The notes beneath the pieces are model-generated. The model was not told the DNA's origin. It saw only the letters and a program-made list of their open reading frames with translations, and ran no database searches. A stretch of 63,337 nucleotides of DNA, the filler included, from Chiloscyllium plagiosum (Eukaryota), in NCBI RefSeq assembly GCF_004010195.1. It is 3 parts of one record of this genome, joined end to end, with 100 filler letters (N's around TTAATTAATTAA, not from the genome) between each part and the next. Parts side by side here need not be neighbours in the genome. Positions count along the whole stretch, not along the records: positions 1 to 31,848 come from NC_057717.1; 2 more parts are not named here. The stretch is one strand, 5' to 3'. Each line of letters opens with the position of its first letter. Positions within the stretch are counted from its first letter, which is position 1. Of this stretch, positions 13,261 to 27,128 are shown piece after piece. The translations under genes were made by a program, and so were the position numbers.

Positions 13261-14549
13261 GTTCCAAAAAGGTGGACATCTGGGATGCTTGAGAGTGGCA
13301 TGTCTCCTCGTCCGAGCAGATCACTGCAAACCCACAGAACAGACTCTTGATGCAAGTTTTTTACAAACCCACAGTTTTTTCCACAACTCTACCTGGAATG
13401 TGACTTTGAGGCCACAATCGGATCTTCCATGATCTTCCCGCATGGCAGAGTGTGTTCAGGATTGCCAAGACCTTTCTTCTGATATTATTATCTACTTTTT
13501 TGTTGTCCGTAGGTACTGAAAAACAATGAAAGCATTCTCACGTCCACAAAGAATCTCGCTTGCTGAATTATGAGCACAACTTCCAACGGCAATGTACTCT
13601 CCTGTGGAACAGTTTAAGCAGGCACTCAGGTCAAGGTAGGCATAAAACGCTGGCCTGATGAGGGCGACACAGGTCGACTCACATCCCGTGAGAGAAGAAC
13701 AAAAGGAAAGATAGCCTGCTTCCTCTGCCTGTATCTCACATTCTTACAGCTCATTACGACTTAGGTCGGCTGCCATTCCTTATTTCTGGTGTATTCTATA
13801 CCATTGAAATTCTTCTGCGTACAATGTTTATCTCCATAGAGATCTCTGTTGCTGGATTTATTGATGCTGAAATACAGATGCAAGGAAATTTTAAATTCCA
13901 CGTCAGTTGGAGTGCACAAAGAAGGAATGGGTTGTTTTGTCACAATGAAGCAACGGAGACGGTGAAGTGAGGGAAAAGAATTATTGTGATCGACCATGAC
14001 AGTGTGGTTGATGTTGTATTTCGGGAATTGTGAACAGATTTCTTTCTCCTTTATAAGGGATAACCTCACTTGCCACAGAGAGAGCGCAAAAGAATTTCAC
14101 CAAACTAATCCCTGGGATGATGGTACCACAATGAGTGAGTGAATATGACTCTGTAGCGTTGTGAGAGAATAAGAGGGGATTGCACTGAAACATGAGTGTG
14201 ATGGACAATCACTCATTATTTTATAAACAGACACGGATATGGTGAAAAATTCCATGGCATTTCTTTTTCAGTTGAATTACATGTTACTGGATAATTTACG
14301 TGCCTCAGAAAGTGTTCCCCCATCCCTCAACATTCCCCCATGTCGATTGATAGATGAGAAAGTCTAGGTTTTGAATAAACATTCATTGCAAAAGTGTTAA
14401 CTATTCCAAGCAGCTTCTGATGAACATGGGTATGACTGCTCGGAGATGTAAGATGTTTCCTTGAGACTTGGCATAAAACATTTGGCTTCTCTCCTCACTG
14501 GCAGCAAACCAGATTAAAGTATCATGTGTTCCACGGTCAATGGAGCCAC

Positions 14550-15290
14550 AAGGAACATCATGGGGCCGTCTACCTGTGCAGAGTCTGCTTCATTGGTTTG
14601 TCAAGCTGGAGCATCACTGTCATCCTCTCTTCTTGAATAAGTGCCTCGAAGGGGAGAATCGCCTTCTCCTGGACCCATGGAACCTTTTCAAGAGCCTGAT
14701 GAGGCTCTGCCTTTTTCTATTTAATAGCTCGATGTGCAAACCAGATTCCTTCTTTTTCTGTGTCACTATTCTTGTTCTGTAAATTCGATGGGATGAATGG
14801 CTTCCTCGTATTCGTATGCAACACGATTCAGATGCTGAATGAGTTTCTCTTTGAACTGTGAAAGTGTGAAAGTGCCTGGCAGCGGTGTTACATGTATGTT
14901 ACCGACACGTTCACAGCGCAAGTCTGAATGTTGTCCGGGTTTGCTGTACATGGCACAGACTGCTTCAGGAACTGAGGGGCTGGGGTTCGGGGGGAAACAA
15001 ATTGTTGTGCACATGTTGCAATCTTCAGTGATAATCCCCACTTCTGATCTTATGATCAGGGAAAGACATTGATGGAGCAGCTGAAGATGTTCCTGCCGAG
15101 GAAGCTCACCAGAGGATCTGCTCCAGAGATGTCCCCGGACTGAGAGGATTGGTGTCTAACAACCACGGTCATCTTTTTTTCTGCCTTGAATGTCCCCAGC
15201 CAATGGACAGACACTGCCTGTTTCTGATTAAATTCAATTTAATCTGCGTTCCTTGAAACAATCTTTACTCAACGAATGCCCTCTTATCAG
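14550..15290 (-). mobile_element. CR1-clade LINE RT fragment (second family)
   Basis: The reverse complement of 15035-15130 resembles GVPQGSVLGPTIFSCFINDLPSIIRSEVG, followed by an ADD-like EDC. Confidence 0.65.
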
Positions 15291-16120
15291 GGTCTGTTTC
15301 TCTTACCTGAGAACACGTGTTCATCTCTTGAAAATATCAATAGGTTACGGCATATGTTTGTGGAGTATTTTCTTCTCAAAGAGGGAAGTGAATGTCAGGA
15401 ATTCTCGAGTCAAAAGAGTTCGTTGATCTGGATCACTGAAGTGTTGAAAGAGTATGGAGATAGGTTTATGATATGTTCGAGTGCGAGCAGCGTGAAGAAT
15501 TGAGCATTAAAGTGGACTTGATTCGAAAGTTGATCAACCATGATCTTACACAACCGTCCGGCAGGCTTGAGCACCCGAATTACATGCTCCTGTTCCTGAT
15601 GTTTTTCTATTCTGTCACTGAAAATGTCATGTTTGCGATTTTGCTGGACCTTCTGTTATTGAATGCTGTTGTCAGAGTGATGGAAGTGTATTGTGAGTCA
15701 TCTCGGTCTGAGGTATGGGGACGATATTGACAGTGACCAAGAAATGAAGCACAAGGTGCAGTGTGGAGACGCTCTATGAAGAGACGGGAGGCATCTTTTT
15801 TAACCAGCTTAAATTTCCCATAACCACAAAACGTGTGTGACAGTCTTGAAGGACTGAGTGGTATACTGTGTTACTGCAGACCAGGTATTTGGAGCAAGTG
15901 GCCGCCACCTGCTCTTGTGCTGGAGGCTTGATGGGCTGAGTGCAGCATCGGACTAAGTCGGAGGGTGGGTCATTGGACACTTTGTCACAGCTCCACGAGA
16001 CACTAAGCTCGCAGCTAATCGGATTGTGGTCTCAGTAGCCATTTTCTCTCGTATACCATTTGCCTTCATTCACTTGTCTGTGAAAAGTTTAACAAACTTA
16101 ACTTTGATTCAATGCATACA

Positions 16121-16121
<1 letters not shown>

Positions 16122-16168
<47 letters not shown>
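16122..16168. repeat. (CA)n microsatellite
   Basis: About 23 perfect CA units seen directly. Confidence 0.98.
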
Positions 16169-16170
<2 letters not shown>

Positions 16171-17004
16171 TAAGACAAACAGAAAATGAAAGCGTTCCAT
16201 AACTTCATAACAGTTGAATTCATAACAAATGGAAAAATAATACAATGTCCCAAATGTCATTCTGTCCTCTGAGGTACATCTGCTCACACAAGCTGCGGGT
16301 ATGGAGATTTCTTCCCAGGTCAATTGGATTTGGCTGAATTCCCTTCGCTGAAGTCAGTGTACAGATTCAAATGAATCCTCATCAGGATGTCTCCACGAGT
16401 GGTCGAGATGACTCAGGGATTTTCTGCTCTCACACTTTGCTCTCAGCCGAAACAAAGTAAGAGGAAAGAAAGCAATAGATCGCTCCTCGTCAGGCAGGTA
16501 ATATTTATCAGCCTTTCTGTATTGAAACATACAATAGTGTCAACTGAACACCAAACTGGTCTGTGTGTGCTCTTCATGAACATTTTCTGGAGTATATAAT
16601 TATGGACTATATGAATGTGAATCATTGCTGTTTTCGTACACAGTGCCTTTCATGATCAAAAAGAAGTATCTGCTGTGGAATTTGGTGAGATGTTTATATC
16701 GGTCTAGGTATTTTTTTAATTGTTTGATGCTTTCATTAAATCAATACATTGATTTTGAAAAATTATTCCCTCGTTTCGTCTCCCTTCCAAAATAAAATAG
16801 CTTTCCATCTGATACACTTTGCTCAAAATCGTGTATGGTTCAAGGAGATTTCTCACCTCAGACCTAATCAAATAATGCTTCATATCAAAAGGCCTTCATT
16901 CCAGGAACACATATTGCGAAACATCTTTGAAAATCCTCTGAATGAATTTTAACTTTTTCTTTAGTTTAGGGTATCAAAAATGCACACAATGCGCTGGACC
17001 GATG

Positions 17005-17215
17005 CGGAGTCGAAATGTGTTGTGCTGGAAGAGCACAACAGGTCACGCAGCATCCATGCAGCAAGAGAGTTGAGCTTTTGGGAACATTCCTGAGGAAGGG
17101 CTAATGCCCGAAACGTCGACTGTCCTGCTCCTCAGATGCTGCCTGACCGGCTGTGCTTTTCCAGTGCCACACTTTTCGAATCTTATCGACAGCATTTGCT
17201 GTCCTCAGTTTCTCC
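17005..17215. mobile_element. Palindromic Penelope-terminus-derived insertion with intact hammerhead core
   Basis: Inverted arms. CTGAGGA-A-GGGC-TAAT-GCCC-GAAA-CGTC at 17090-17117. Confidence 0.85.
17086..17121 (+). ncRNA. Minimal hammerhead ribozyme motif (PLE type)
   Basis: CUGAGGA, an extra A, stem II GGGC/GCCC, GAAA, palindromic ACGU stem III and a GUC cleavage triplet. Confidence 0.65.
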
Positions 17216-18839
17216 CTGGACAGATGAAATAAAACATTCCTACTATTAAACCTGAAAGTCTTTGAATAAAACTGCATCATTCCATTTACATTCTAAAATA
17301 CTTGCTGTATCTCGAAAATAGCTTCACATGTTTCATTAACCAGGAACACGAAACTGTCTGAATCACAGAGCTCAGCAATCTCTCTCTGTTTGAATTGTTT
17401 TTCATTGTTATATCCTTCTTGTGAAAATAGGCAACTCATGTCTGTTGTTTATTCAAAAGGGTTGCTCAGTAACCTTCCACGCCTACTTCAAAATTACAGA
17501 CTCACTACCTCCATTTGATGACATATTGATAGAGCATTTTGGCTTACAAACTAATTGAGCTTCAATACATGCAGTCACTTCATCCAGGTCTTTGATGCTG
17601 ATTATTGGTCACTACTGATCCCACATTGATATCTCTCTTGCATTAACATAAGTAATAAATTTGCGCTTGACAAATAAGCTGTTCGTGACAGCTACCTGTT
17701 TCACAATGCAGGCGTGTTGAATGGCCTCCTCCTGGGCTGCATAATGTACTCACCAAACTGAATGACATCATTCCTTATTCCTGTGTAACGTCTTCGTGGG
17801 GCAGAATTCTTTCCCCTCGTCTCATTATAACGATCCTTTCTGGATGAACGCGTTTGTCCTCTTCCTCTGCAACAGCCTCGAAGTGTGGATTGAGAGACCA
17901 TCACATGGGTAGGGACAGCAGTTGGCCATTTGTCTGCACCGTTCAGAATCCTCATGGCTGATCAGAGTCTGTCTGACCATTCAATGTTGTTTGATGGTGG
18001 GACTGTCTCTGACCGTCCAATTGAATCCCACTATCCGATTATGTCTGACGATCCGATTGTGTCTGACCAACCCCCTCCTGTCTGGACCTAATAAACATTG
18101 ATTATTGTCCAGCAAATATCATTCGAGCTCAGCGTTGAATAACTGCAATAACCGAATCTTCACTTCTCCCTGAGGATGAGTACACCACAGGTAACACAAC
18201 ATTAAAGATGCTGAAGCCCAAATTTTATAACTGAGTTTACCTAACATGACATCGCCACCTCTTTTGAAACCTAAGGACGCAATACTTAGAAATAGACGTA
18301 TACCATTCAGCTGTTCAAATCTGTCCCACATTACCACTGACTATTTCCAGCAAACATGTATCAAACCCAGCCTCCGCTCCTATCTCGGGAAGGGAATACC
18401 AGATAGCATGACACCACGCACGCATAAAGTAGGAACAGAACTAGGCCATTCCGCCCAACCCATCCGATATGCCATTTAATGACGGCTTTTATGTTTCTCA
18501 ACAACATTCTCCTGCTTTCACCCGGTGACCCTTGAGCCTGTTATTGATCAAAACCTGATCTCGTTGTCTTAAAGATCCCAATGTCTGCGTGTTGCTCTCT
18601 GTGTGCATTTGTCGATGAGTTAATGTGACTGTGCATTTTGTGTGCATATCTGTCCATCTGTGTCACGGACTGGGCGGTTGTGACTGTATATGTCTATGTA
18701 TGCCACTACATGTGTGCGTGTCTATCTCTATGTATGTATTGAGAGTGTTCGTTTTTTGGGGTGTTTACACATATCTCTGTATAACTATGTGATCAGATAT
18801 TTGTTGTTTTGGGAGGGAGAGAAGTATCGGAACAGACAG

Positions 18840-21800
18840 AGAGGTTAAAGTGAGAAATGTCGTTCACTGAACATTGTTGTTTGGACGTGGATGATTCGCA
18901 ATCTCCACACGATGCGCTCCGGTCAACTCTGGCACGTGTCATGCTCTAATCTACATTGGGATTGGGGGTGGAAGTAGCTGTAGAGGAGTGTGAAGGAATG
19001 GACATCAGGCACTCCAATCCCTGGATTCCCCCCTTCTGTCCTATTCCAGGCTGTTTCTCTTGGAGTGAGAGGAAGGTAGGGAGTGAGGAAGAATGCAAGT
19101 GGGTGGCCCTACTGTTCATGATGGTTTAGCTAATAGTGGGTGGGGTCGGGACTTTACAGTGAGGTGTCCGAAGGTGGTTAATCCACAGTTTTGAATCGAT
19201 ACATTGTTATTAGGACAAAATAGTGTGAAAGCGACAGAGAGAGTGAGGGGAGCATTGTGCTGCCTTCAATAGTGACAATGTCGGAACATTGCCTCGTTCG
19301 GGGGAAGGTAATATAACGGATATACAGTGAGTGTGAGAGAGCAGGGAGCATATCGTGGAACTTATGCTGGCAGAGCGGAGATGCTTATTAATGCTTGTCC
19401 TATATTGCTGGACATTTCTTCAGATCATCTTTGTGTCGAGGTGAGCCTCACTTAATATCTTGTCCAAGTCTATCACTGATAACGACACAGACCATATCCC
19501 GCATCTTACACAGAATCAGTTTGGGTGGAAATTACAAATAGCAAGGAAAAGCAAGCATTGGTGCATTATGTGCCTTACCGAAAACTGCTGCACAAATTTT
19601 GTGCATTATGCGCTCTGGAAATTTGATATCCAAGTATCATGCGTGCTACGGTAATACCGGATGATCTCGAGTTACACCTAAACAATCCTTAACTAAGTGA
19701 CTGCTTATACTGTGAAAAGTGAATTCCATAGTGTATATGAGGAAGGTTGAAGAGAATGTTGTGAACCAAACTGGACACCAGGCTTTTAAGATTTGGTGTT
19801 GCGTGGTCAGAAGGATTAATTAATTAACTTGTTATGAGGCATTATTTTAGCATAGTGACAACGATATATTACATTTTACTCAGCGACTGCACACAACATA
19901 GAATTTTTGAACATTACCGTCAATCTACATTGACGCCCCAAGGCTGAAGGGTCAACTTGGGTACAGTGAATTGGGAAAGTACAATATAACAGTCAGTGGT
20001 AGACAGCAATGTTCGCTACTTTTAGAATTGCTGCAACGTCTGTAAACTGTATATATTTTTCTGATGTACAAACAGTAAAAAAAATGAAGGTGACACAACA
20101 ATGGTTAAATTAAGAAATTAGAGGTTGTGTTACTAAAGGGAAATGGGTTCAAAAGAATTCCAGAGTTTGTGGAAACCAGAGAATTCCGAAAAATTATGAT
20201 GCATATAAGAATGGCTATGAGACTGATAAGGAGTCGCTGACAGTGAGTTCTTCAATGCAACTATCGCCAATGATATATGGAGAAATACGTGTAAGTGGAA
20301 AGTTGAAGTTAGGTTGGCCTTCACTGAATGGAATCGGAATGTAGAAGTAAATATATCTTGAAGCCGCTGCACAGAGTGTTGGTGAGACTGCATCGGGAGT
20401 ATTGTGTACAGTTTTGGTGATCTAATCTCAGAACTTTTATACTGCCCACAGATGAAGTCCAATGGTTATTCCCCAGTTCCTCCCTCTGATGTCGAAATTA
20501 TCTGATGAGGAAACTCGCCTGTGTTCTCTAAAGTTTCAAAGAACGAGCGAAACCTAGAAATTTCACAAATAATCAGCATGTCTCTCTAGCTTCCTGCTCT
20601 ATATTGAACGCAAATACTTCAAGGCTAAGTGACAGACCATATAAGACAGCAAGAAGGAGGAAATCCTTCACTTGGAGGGAACTGGAGGATAAAATGGCAT
20701 GGAAACCGTTGGCAGGTAGATTAGTGAGAATCCCCGGATATTCTACAGGCATATCAAGTGGAACAGAATAACCAAGGAACAGATAGGGACCATTCATGAC
20801 TTGCCAAGTTGCATCCAATCTCAACTTGGTGCAGGAGACAGAGACTGGCGGTAGAAGGCTGTTTTTGCGACTGGAGACCAGTGTCCCCTGGTCTACCACA
20901 GGAATCAGTGCTCTGTCCCATCTTACTTGTGATATTCATAACTCATGCAGATTTGAAGGTTGAACGGGCAGCGGGGGAGGGGAGAGTGTGATCAGTAAGT
21001 TTGAGTTTAACACAAATAGTGGCCGGCTTGTTGGAGTGAGCGGGAAAGTCTTACCTTATCGGAAGATATAGATGTAATGGTCAAATGAGCAGATCAATGG
21101 CAGAAATAATGTAACCCTGATAAAAATGAGCTGATGCACTTTGGAAGAATTGACCGGACAAGGGAGTTATCAATGACTGGCAGCACACTAGCAAGTCATG
21201 GTTTCTTATACACGGGTCTAAATGTATCTGGCCAGGGTAAAAGGTGAGATAAGCTGTTATCCGTTTCCGTGACTCTTGCGTTCATTCAGCGAGACATAGA
21301 TTAATAATGAAATACCAGGACTTGGTTAGGCCATATCTGGGATACGGTGTGTAGTTCTGGGTGTCAGATTACAGAAAGAATGTGGTTGCACTGGAGGGAG
21401 GACAGAGGAGATTCACCAGTGTGTTCGCTTGGATGGATTATCTCAGCCATGAAATACTCGCTGGATAACCTCGGGTTGTTTGCTGAGGAGAAAGGAAGGC
21501 TGAGGGGATGTGCTTCAGAAGGCTCAGATTTCGAGGGCAATGGGCGGGGTGGACATACAGCAGCTGTTCATTTAGTCAGAAGGCCAAGAACAAGGAACCA
21601 CACTTTTAAAGTGAAACGTTTGATGTCGAGAGAGTACTTGCAAATTGTTTTTCACCTATATGGTTTTGGGGTCTGGAATGAATTTTTTTGAGAAGGCGGT
21701 TGCCACCCGTAACACCACAACCATTAAGAAGAACTTGGATGAGAAGTTGAAGTCTCATAAAATTCTAGGTTATTGGTCATGTGTCAGAAAGTGGGAGTGA

Positions 21801-22430
21801 TGTGAATCAAGCTGTATTTATGATAGTACAGAGTCGCTGTTTCTGCATTTGTGGAAAGTAAATCATTGTGTAGCGAAAGACAGCAATTGCTGTGCTACCA
21901 GAGAATACAGTAACCAGGGTTATAGAAATGGGCTATAATGAATTCTAAAATTATATCGATGTAATAAGAACAGAAAAAAGCACAGCTTCGTTACAGTCTG
22001 AAACCAGAGAATGTAGAACAAGGAAATGGCAGAACTATGAAGAAACTATGTTAGTTCTGTCTTCACAACAGAATTTTAAAAAAAAACTTCCCAGAAAACT
22101 GGGAAACCTAAGGGGTGGATAGAGTGGACTGTGAGATCCTTTTTCCTCGGATGGTGAAGGTTAACACGAGGGAACTTTGCATTAAATTGCGGGGTGATAG
22201 ATTTTGGTTAGATATTAGGGGCATTTGCTTCTCTCATAGAATAGTAGGAGCGTGGAATGACCCGCCTGCAACAGTAGTAGAGTCGCCGATGGTAATGGCA
22301 TTAAAATGATATTTGACAGACATACTTTTAATCATGGAACTGAGTAGGTTAAATGGACATCAGATTATTTTCATTGATCAACCTAAAATCAACGTCCAAA
22401 GGATCTGTACTGCACTGTAACGTTTAATGT
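18840..22430 (+). mobile_element. Nested, heavily decayed CR1 LINE pieces (ORF1 esterase-like, endonuclease, RT, 3' ends)
   Basis: IGxxIVxxTD-like ORF1 motif at ~19210; RQRLAVEGCFCDWRPVSPGLPQESVLCPILL at 20809-20991; C-terminal RIVGAWNDPP at 22115-22309. Confidence 0.7.
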
Positions 22431-24239
22431 CATAATTTCAAAGCTGTTTGTAAAAAGATGAGAATGAATTCTGTAAATGAATGGTTTTGGAGAAATTGTA
22501 TGGACTAAAATTAATGAGCATAGACACAGTCAACGAAGAGTTTGAAATAGGAATCATATCTGATAAACTGACGGGTAGACATGTTATGGAGTGGCCCTCT
22601 ACGCAATGTATTGGGATTTTAAGAAAACCTTTTGATGAATCCCCAAGCCGAGAGTGCAAAATCAAATTTTATGATATTGAGGCTTATAAATAGATGTCGA
22701 CTTAGAATGGGAGATCTGGCAGGAAACACTGAATCGAAGTTTTTGATTTGATTTTGAGTTTTTCACAGGTGTATTTTGCATGAAAATTACAATAAAATAC
22801 ACATATCGCCACAAAATAGCGCTGATTTGAATAATTTAAGGAAATGGAAGAAACAAAAGATGGAGCTTGAAAATAGACCATGGGCTCTGCGGCATCTCCT
22901 CAGCATCGATGGCACTGCACATCCTTCCTTCCACAACTGCTTCATCATCACCGACGCCAGACCCTCCCAACATCGATGTTGCTGATCCTCTGGGGCCATC
23001 TATGCTGCTGAACCATTACTCGTCCATCACCGCTTTGTCGCCACGGTCAGAAACATATTGCTTACTGCTGCGCTCTCATCATCGATGTTTCCATGATGCT
23101 GTTCCACCATCTGCTTTATCAATGCCAACTCAGGACCCAACTAAAAACGAAGTATCCAGTCCTCAGGCATCACCTTTTGCTGCTGGGCACTATCTTGCCC
23201 ACATCGCCTCTGTTGATGTACCTGCTGCTGATTCCACGTCCCGTGCTTGCTCCATAAAAGTAAGTCGGGACTCAGTCTTCTCTGCTTTTGGCCCAGTTCG
23301 AGGTATGTACCCTGTGCCTGGCTTGAGGCCTCTCGAGGCCCACGCCCTGAGTCTGCTCAAAATCTAGGATCTCGCTGGTGCCGATGTTGTCCAAGCTACA
23401 ACGTCAGTAAGTGATAGAGAGAAAAGACGGGGAGAAATTCAAAAAAAAAAGAAAAGATATCGGAGCGGACAATGTCCAGCACAGGAGCCCTTAGTCTAGA
23501 AGCACCGGAATGTAGTGATCCTAATACAGGAGATGAAGGCTCGTGGAGTATCAGAGAAATCGGGGCGTGGGCCGAAGCTGTTTCCAATACACATCTAACA
23601 TTTGATTGAGAATCCAATGCAATATTTCCAAGTCTTTAGACAGCACAAAGCGATGTTGGATGTGAGGAGGAGTGGGTGAGGAGGAGGAGGTAAAAATGCT
23701 CCATGGTGAAAGAGACAGGCGGAATGAATGGGCCAATGTGTGGCAGACGAAGAGCAACGTGGTTAGATGTGACGTTGGGCACTTTGTTTGGAAATATAGA
23801 ACAGCAGTCTAACATTTGAAAACGGTTTGGTTAAAAATGTTATTCTATACGTTGTTTTGTTTTGTATTCATCTGCGCAGACCTTGGAGAGAAGTGCAGCA
23901 CAGTGAGTTCTGAAGACAGAAGTTAATACTGGGATTGACATTTGCACACAAATCAGTGTATATAGAGTCACCAAGCGTGCAGCTGTAACATAGCAATAAA
24001 AAGGATGTCGTTGTACAACAGTCACTGAAAGCAATATTGCAGAACAGAACGCAGTTCGGAATATAAATGATATGTTGAACTTCGTTTTAAGGGGATTTGA
24101 GGACAGGAGTAACAGTGCTTTACTGCACTGTACGGGGCCTCAGTGAGAACCCATCTCGAACACGGTGCAGTTCACGTTTGGTCTCCTTACCCAATCAAGG
24201 AAAATGTGACATTGTGTTTATCCAGAGGATACATGTATC

Positions 24240-25560
24240 TCAAAATCTCCAATCTCTATCACGTCATTTGAAATATTTATAACATCCTTCCTATAGCAGT
24301 ATGAATTCGACTCAGTACTCCAAAAGTGGCCTTACCATTCTCTTGCACATGATGTCTCAACTCCTATACGCAATGTTCTATCAGATGAAGTTAAGTGTAT
24401 CTAATGCCTTCTGAAGTGCTGTGTCTACCTGCGACTCCACGTTCTCGGAACTATCTGGATGTCTCTGTTTGAAAACACTCCCCATGGACCTAACATTAAC
24501 TGTAAATCCTGTTATGGGTTGCATTACAAAATGCTACGCATCACATTTGTCTTTATACTCCATCTACCCTTTCTCAGCCGACTGGATCAGTTGATCAAGA
24601 TCTCATTGTTTTTTTTTAAATGACCTTTTGAATTGTGCATGATATTACTAATTTTAGTGTCGTCTTATAAACGTACCATCCATGCTATATGTTTTCATAA
24701 CCAATTCAAACTTAAAACGAATGACCAATAGTGGTCACAGGAACAATTCACGTGGTACACGGCTGGTTACAGGCCTCCAGTCAGAACAATAAACATTTCC
24801 CAGCACCCTCTGTCTCTTCCTCTCAAGCCAAGTTTGCATCTAATTGGCTAGTTCTCGCTGGTCCCCTGTGATTTTCCCTTATTGCCAACCTATCATGTGG
24901 AACCTTGTGGACTTCACGGAATTTCATGTAGACAACGTCTGCTGATCGAGATTTGTCTGTCTCCATGGGTATCTCTCGTAAAATTTCAATCAAGTTTGTG
25001 GGATAAGTTTTACGAAAGACAACCCTGTTGGCGGCACAGTGCAACAGTGGTTTGCACTGCTGCCTCACAGCGCCAGAGACCCGGATTCAATTCCCGCCTC
25101 AGGCAACTGACTGTGTGGTGTTTGCACATTCTCCCCGTGTCTGCATTGGATTCCTCCGGGTGCTTCAGTTTCCTCCCACAGTCCAAATATGTGCAGGTTA
25201 GGTGAATTGGCCATGCTAAATTGCCCGTAGTGTTAGGTGAAGGGTAAATGTAGGGGAAGGGGTCTGGGTGGGTTGCGCTTCGGCGGGTCGGTGTGAACTT
25301 GTTGGGCCGAAGGGTCTGTTTCCACACTCTAAGTAATCTAATCTAATCTAATCTAACCAAACCTTTGCCGACGATCTAGAATCAGTCTCCGGCTTTCTGA
25401 CTGCATGATGATCCTGTCTCTCAGAATTTCCTCCAAACACTGACGCCGTTGGCATCAGATTCACAGGACTGTAATTCCCTAGATTTTCCTTGCAGTCTTT
25501 TTACGCCAAATATCCCAACATTAATTGGCTTCTGATACACCAGCACCTTGCCCGTGGCTG
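24240..25560 (-). mobile_element. CR1 LINE RT fragment interrupted by an HE1 SINE
   Basis: TNLIEILRE...ADVVYMKFREVHKVPHDRL in ORF 24823..25068(-). Confidence 0.8.
25030..25356 (+). mobile_element. HE1 SINE (tRNA-derived V-SINE of sharks and rays)
   Basis: Pol III A/B boxes, V-domain (gtttgcacattctccccgtgtctgc...tttcctcccacagtcc), and a LINE-like tail ending (taatc)n. Confidence 0.95.
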
Positions 25561-26161
25561 TCAATCATACAAACAAAAAACAAAGGAACTGAGCATGTTG
25601 TAAATTAGAAATAATACCTGAAGTTGCGGGAAAAAATTCAGCAGGTCTGACGGCTTCTGCGCACAGACATTAGAGTTAACGTTTCGGACCCCGTGACCTT
25701 CCCTCACAGCTCTGTGGAATGGTACAAGTATCTCAGCAATGGCCCCACAATTTCTTCCCCAGCCTCCCACAATAACCTGGGCTACACTTCAACAAGTTCT
25801 GCTTATTTATCTGTGGTTATGGATATTAAAAATTCCTGCACTTGCTCTTCTGTAATGTAGCCTCGATTCGAAACATCACGACATGGATTTACTTCTCCGA
25901 GTTCCGTAGCTTCCATGTCTTTCTTCACAGTAAGTCGTGACATGATACATTCGTGTATGATCTCAGAATCCAGCAGTCGCGGGATGTCAGGCAGCGGAAT
26001 GAGGAAGGTGGAGTCCTTGTGAGGAGAGTGAACCCAGCATGTCCAGGTGCTTTTGGACTGTCACGTTGAACTGTTAACTATGTTATTTTGTGTTTTTTTT
26101 TAATTTCTATCGGAAGACCGGCAATGTTTTATATTTTAACGTTGTTTTCTTTATTTTTCTG

Positions 26162-26374
26162 AGCTGGAAATGTGTTGCTGGAAAAGCGCAGCAGGTCAGG
26201 CAGCATCCAGGGAACAGGAGAATCGACGTTTCGGGCATAAGCCCTTCTTCAGGAAAGGGTTATGCCCGAAACTCGATTCTCCTGTTCCCTGGATGCTGCC
26301 TGACCTGCTGCGCTTTTCCAGCAACACATTTCCAGCTCTGATCTCCAGCATCTGCAGACCTCACTTTCTCCTCC
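26162..26374. mobile_element. Young palindromic Penelope-terminus-derived insertion
   Basis: Near-perfect ~80-bp inverted arms, 15-bp direct repeat TTCTTTATTTTTCTG at 26147-26161 and 26375-26389, and a minus-strand hammerhead core. Confidence 0.9.
26222..26254 (-). ncRNA. Minimal hammerhead ribozyme motif (PLE type)
   Basis: The reverse complement reads TC-CTGAAGA-A-GGGC-TTAT-GCCC-GAAA-CGTC-GAT. Confidence 0.65.
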
Positions 26375-27128
26375 TTCTTTATTTTTCTGCTTTACACCAG
26401 GATTATTTTCCTAGCGCGGGTTAGGAGGGGTACATTCGAACCTAAGATTTCATCATATGATGATTAGTAAATGCTTCACTCTCTTCATGTGAATACATAT
26501 GACAATAAACCCAATAAGCGTAATTCATCTCCTATGGGTCCGCATGTAGATCGTTCTTTGATTGTCAAGAAGACCTATTCTCTCCCTAAATGCGCTTTTG
26601 CCTTTGAAGAATCGTTTTCGATTCGCTTTCATTCTGTTTGTCAAAGCTTTCTTTTTTCCCTCCTGATTTCCCTCATAAGAGCATTGTTACAATCCGTATG
26701 CTCCTCAAGGGATTCACTTGATTATAGATGTCTACACATGAAGTATACCTCCTTCTGTTTTCTTGGCAAGAGCATCAAAATCCTCTGTCTTGTACTATTC
26801 CATACTCCTGCTAACACTGACTTTCACACTTACTAAACATGATGTCCCTGAATTATCATTATCTCGCTCTGGAAAGAATTCCACTTGCCTGACGTCACTT
26901 TACCTGTGTACAGCTTCCATAATCATTTTTTGAAAGATCTTGCTAAATACTATCGCAACTGGCCTTGCCCCCATTTTACAACGTGAGCTCGTGGACAAGG
27001 CCTATCCTTTTCCTGAACTATTTTCAAACTGTTGGAATTACAGTCCCTGGTCCCAAAGTGCTCCCGATCCATCAACTCAATCAGTTGGAATTCCATATTT
27101 TCCCAAGAGCAAGCAAGGTTAAGGCCAA

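Noticed and set aside
15897..15918. CTCF-like motif (gtggccgccacctgctct)
   Set aside because: It is a single partial match, expected by chance in 63 kb.
22867..23367. 166-aa Ser/Pro/Ala-rich ORF (and the similar 170-aa ORF at 29082-29594)
   Set aside because: These are low-complexity translations of GC-rich degenerate repeats, with no domain motif or splice context.
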